Assembly (NCBI RefSeq): GCF_040938485.1
Contig: NW_027272318.1
Span: 62,001 to 126,000 of the forward strand
Length of the DNA: 64,000 bases
Source of the DNA: Diadema antillarum
Lineage: Eukaryota
Direction of reading: 5' to 3'
Numbering within the stretch: the stretch's first letter is position 1; every line of letters begins with the position of its first letter. Below, piece after piece: positions 61,201-64,000 of this stretch. Under the pieces are notes generated by a model. It worked only from the letters and a program-made list of their open reading frames with translations, had not been told where the DNA came from and ran no database searches. A program made the position numbers and the translations under genes.

Positions 61201-64000
61201 CCACTTCTTTGTAGAAAATACACAGTTAAGTTACTTTGTCTTTTGCTTGTGACAGTTATACAGTGTACTATGTGTGTAACATACTTGAAAGGATTGATTT
61301 CTTCTAGCATTGAGTGTTTGTTACCTTATTCTTATGCAGCACTGGGAAGTTTCATTGATGAAAGGAAGGTTACAGATGACACAGAAGGCCATCGCTGACG
61401 AGAAAAGCAACCTAGATAGAGGTGCGAATGAGTTCAGTGGAATATCTGGTATCCCTTGAACAATTGATATACTGTAAAAGTGGATATTTTCGCGCCTGGC
61501 CGGGTCAGAAGAGTTTTGCGTGTTTTTAATTCCGCGGAATCAAGTTGTCGAGCACAGGAACATATGGCAAGCAAAAATCTTCGCGGGCTTTTATTTTTGT
61601 GCTAGTTTCTTGTTGCGCAAAATGCGCGAAAATTTCAACACCGCGAAAATTTCCACTTTTACAGTATTTCTTTGTTCTTTTTCTTTTCATCCTATTTACG
61701 GTGTATATTTGTTTGTGGAACCTTGTTTTTTGCACTAAGTTCAGGAGGAGGAGAAAATGGAAAGGGGCACTCCAGACAATTTATATAATTTGATATCAAG
61801 TAGTGCATAAATCGATAGTGTCATGTACAGATTTGTGGAACTTTTGTGGTCTTGAGCAAATAAACCAATACTCTGAAAAACCCCAAACAAATTACACTAA
61901 ACAAGGATGATGACGTAGGAGACTAACACGTTCCAGTATTATGATAATAATAATAATAATAATTGCATTTATATGGCGCTTCATACTGGCGTTTCTAAGC
62001 ACACATAGCATTGTAATTCCATTAGAATACCTCTTGCTGAGCAGGTTCACGTGTGTAGAAGTTATGCATGCTTTGTTCCTTTTTCTGCTTCCTTGAACAC
62101 CCAATCATGCATTCTTATGTAAACCTGATAGGTCATCATCCGTGTTCATTGTTATTTGTTATGAATTTTGAAAACATTCTTATTCTTCATCCCAATCACT
62201 CTGAATTTTGAAACTCTCTACCCAGTGTCTCCAATTTATAGATGTTCAGATTCAAAAATCTGATAATCATCAGGAGGTCTCTTTTAAGACAAAAAGGAAA
62301 AGCCTTCATGGACATCAGCATGTGGGCATCTTCTGCTGTTGTATAGAAGAGAGTATAAGTATACCAAGTATATGTGACGTTGTTTGTTGACATCTGACAG
62401 ATCTATTTGTGTGTTTGTTTTTGACTTACGTTTTCATGTTTTTATGAACCACTATCAAGATCAACATGATTTCCTAATACTGTGTCCATATTGGTACTTT
62501 TTATTGCTAAAACGTGATCCCTCCTTTTATGTAAAAGTTACATTTGGTATCATTAATGCCACCTTTACTTCTGTACAGTGAATGAAGAGATGATAAGTAA
62601 AGATATTGCCACTGTAATTTGACGTGACAATTGTTTATGTTTTTATTTTGTACAGATAAACAGTCACTCCAAAGTGTTGTTGAGAAAAAGAAATTGGAGA
62701 AAATTAGAAGGGATGAACACAACAAGAAATTGCAAAAGATTCAAAAGTATATGGGTAAGTGCACCTCTTGTAACGTAAGAAAGTGACGTTAGAGGCCTTG
62801 CAGAGAGTTGCTTAAAGGGATCATATAGTTTTGGTTGAGACCTAATTTCAGGTTTCTGACATTTTTTGGTGAGATAATGAGAAACCTCTTATGAAATACG
62901 AAAGAGCATGTAATTCCATTTCTTAAAATGGTATGTTCTGTACTATTTCATAAGTGTTTTCTTGGTATTCTCATCTCCACCAATACTGTACCATCCCTTT
63001 AAAGTGATGAGTAGATAGTCGTCAAACAACAATTACAGTGATAGAATGCCTGGTACGTAATGACTTTCGATATTAAATGTGGAATTACACATATTTAATA
63101 GACATACATGCTTGACAATCATAATCACTTTTATTTTTCCTTATCATATCAGCTCAATATCGTCTGTTGAGAATGAGAAGGATGTTAAGTTGTCTCGAAC
63201 ACTATGGGTTTAGTGGCAACTTAACGCCCTTATCATTCTCAACCGACGATATGATGAGGTTATGTTGTTTTCTCATGTTTGAACCAATTGACGTTTGCAT
63301 TCATTCCTAACTGTTAACAAATTTCCAATAACTATGGTTACAATGTACATGAGGTTCTTCCACCAATTCAAACTCTTGAAAATATCTGTTGAATACAAAT
63401 ATGTAGTATTCTGAGTATCGAGAGGGAGTTGTAACTCTACACTGTCTCAAGGAGCAAACATGGAGGCATAGCCTCTACATAGTACGATGTGTTAAAGGGA
63501 GGTTATATTTTGGTTTAGATGGGGCTTCAGGTTTCCAACTTTTTTGTGACATAATGACAAACCACTCATGAAATATGAAAGGGCATACAATTCCAAGAGG
63601 GATTCAAAGTTTATTTGATGAAAATTGGTTTTGAAATGGCTGAGATATCCTTTAAAAAAAAGAAAAAAGAAAGAGGTCCTAATAAAAGGTGGGACCCATC
63701 TTTTAGGACCACTCTGTTTTATTTTGTTTTTGGATATCTCGGCCATTTCAAAACCAATTTTCATCAAATAAACTTTGATATCCTCTTAGAATTGTATGCT
63801 CTTTCATATTTCATAAGTGATTTCTACTTATCTGGCAAAAAGTTAAAATCTGAATCCCCACCTCAACCCAAACTATGCCATCCCTTTAAGTTTGTGTGGT
63901 TGGCACATTAACTTTCCGCAGAGCACATAGGAACAAATATTGAGAGTCGGAAGGAGTCGCTGGAGGAGAAGAGTGAATTGTTGCAAGTCAAGAGGAGAGA
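57750..64000 (+). CDS. ATG14: Beclin 1-associated autophagy regulator ATG14/Barkor, 5' part (first 6 exons; continues past window)
   Basis: Exons: 57750-57946, 60207-60269, 60835-60877, 61340-61421, 62656-62754, 63922->64000, all in phase. The N-terminal cysteine motif [24 protein letters not shown] is followed by coiled-coil exons ([16 protein letters not shown]; [12 protein letters not shown]). Confidence 0.92.
58246..59127. mobile_element. Harbinger-like element in ATG14 intron 1
   Basis: TTA|(T)GCAAAAAA...TTTTTTGCC|TTA, with subterminal GGTCGGGTTT (58293) / AAACCCGACC (59053). Confidence 0.55.
61472..61664. mobile_element. TA-flanked MITE (CTGTAAAAGTGG termini)
   Basis: TA|CTGTAAAAGTGG...CCACTTTTACAG|TA. 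Confidence 0.75.
61940..62010 (-). mobile_element. 3' tail of an L2-type LINE or SINE
   Basis: The minus strand reads ...GCGCCATATAAATGCAATTATTATTATT, an (ATT)n tail. Confidence 0.45.
62816..62998. mobile_element. Kolobok-like MITE, family A, internally deleted copy
   Basis: Both termini and both TTAA are intact; about 190 bp of the interior is missing relative to 1240-1621. Confidence 0.75.
63161..63248. mobile_element. 88-bp hairpin MITE with ATAT TSD
   Basis: Arms of about 30 bp; ATAT at 63157-63160 and 63249-63252; a second copy lies at 42355-42442. Confidence 0.7.
63496..63885. mobile_element. Kolobok-like MITE, related foldback subfamily
   Basis: TTAA flanks, AGG...CCT termini, and long internal inverted arms (about 63570-63650 vs 63735-63815). 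Confidence 0.75.

Overview
AT-rich metazoan genomic DNA, probably a sea urchin: the TBP N-terminus matches my recollection of echinoid TBP, and no database search was run. Five intron-containing genes could be assembled exon by exon with consistent splice phases. They are RALGAPB (minus, 3' part runs off the window), ARPIN (plus, complete, GC-AG first intron), ATP6V1D (minus, complete), TBP (plus, complete) and ATG14 (plus, runs off the window). Four of them form two head-to-head pairs (RALGAPB/ARPIN and ATP6V1D/TBP). Introns are full of non-autonomous DNA transposons (TTAA-, TA-, ATAT-, CTG- and TTA-flanked MITEs, Helentron-like elements and foldbacks). The most unusual structure is in RALGAPB intron 1. 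There a 5,134-bp element with 33-bp TIRs and a 5-bp TSD (ACTAT) is inserted in the right TIR of a roughly 760-bp Mutator-like element with an 11-bp flanking direct repeat. The inner element has no recognisable transposase but carries a phase-consistent five-exon antisense ORF (151 aa, unknown family) that could be driven by a promoter-like segment of the outer element. Most ORFs in the supplied track are antisense shadows of exons or repeat artefacts. Two assembly gaps are present.
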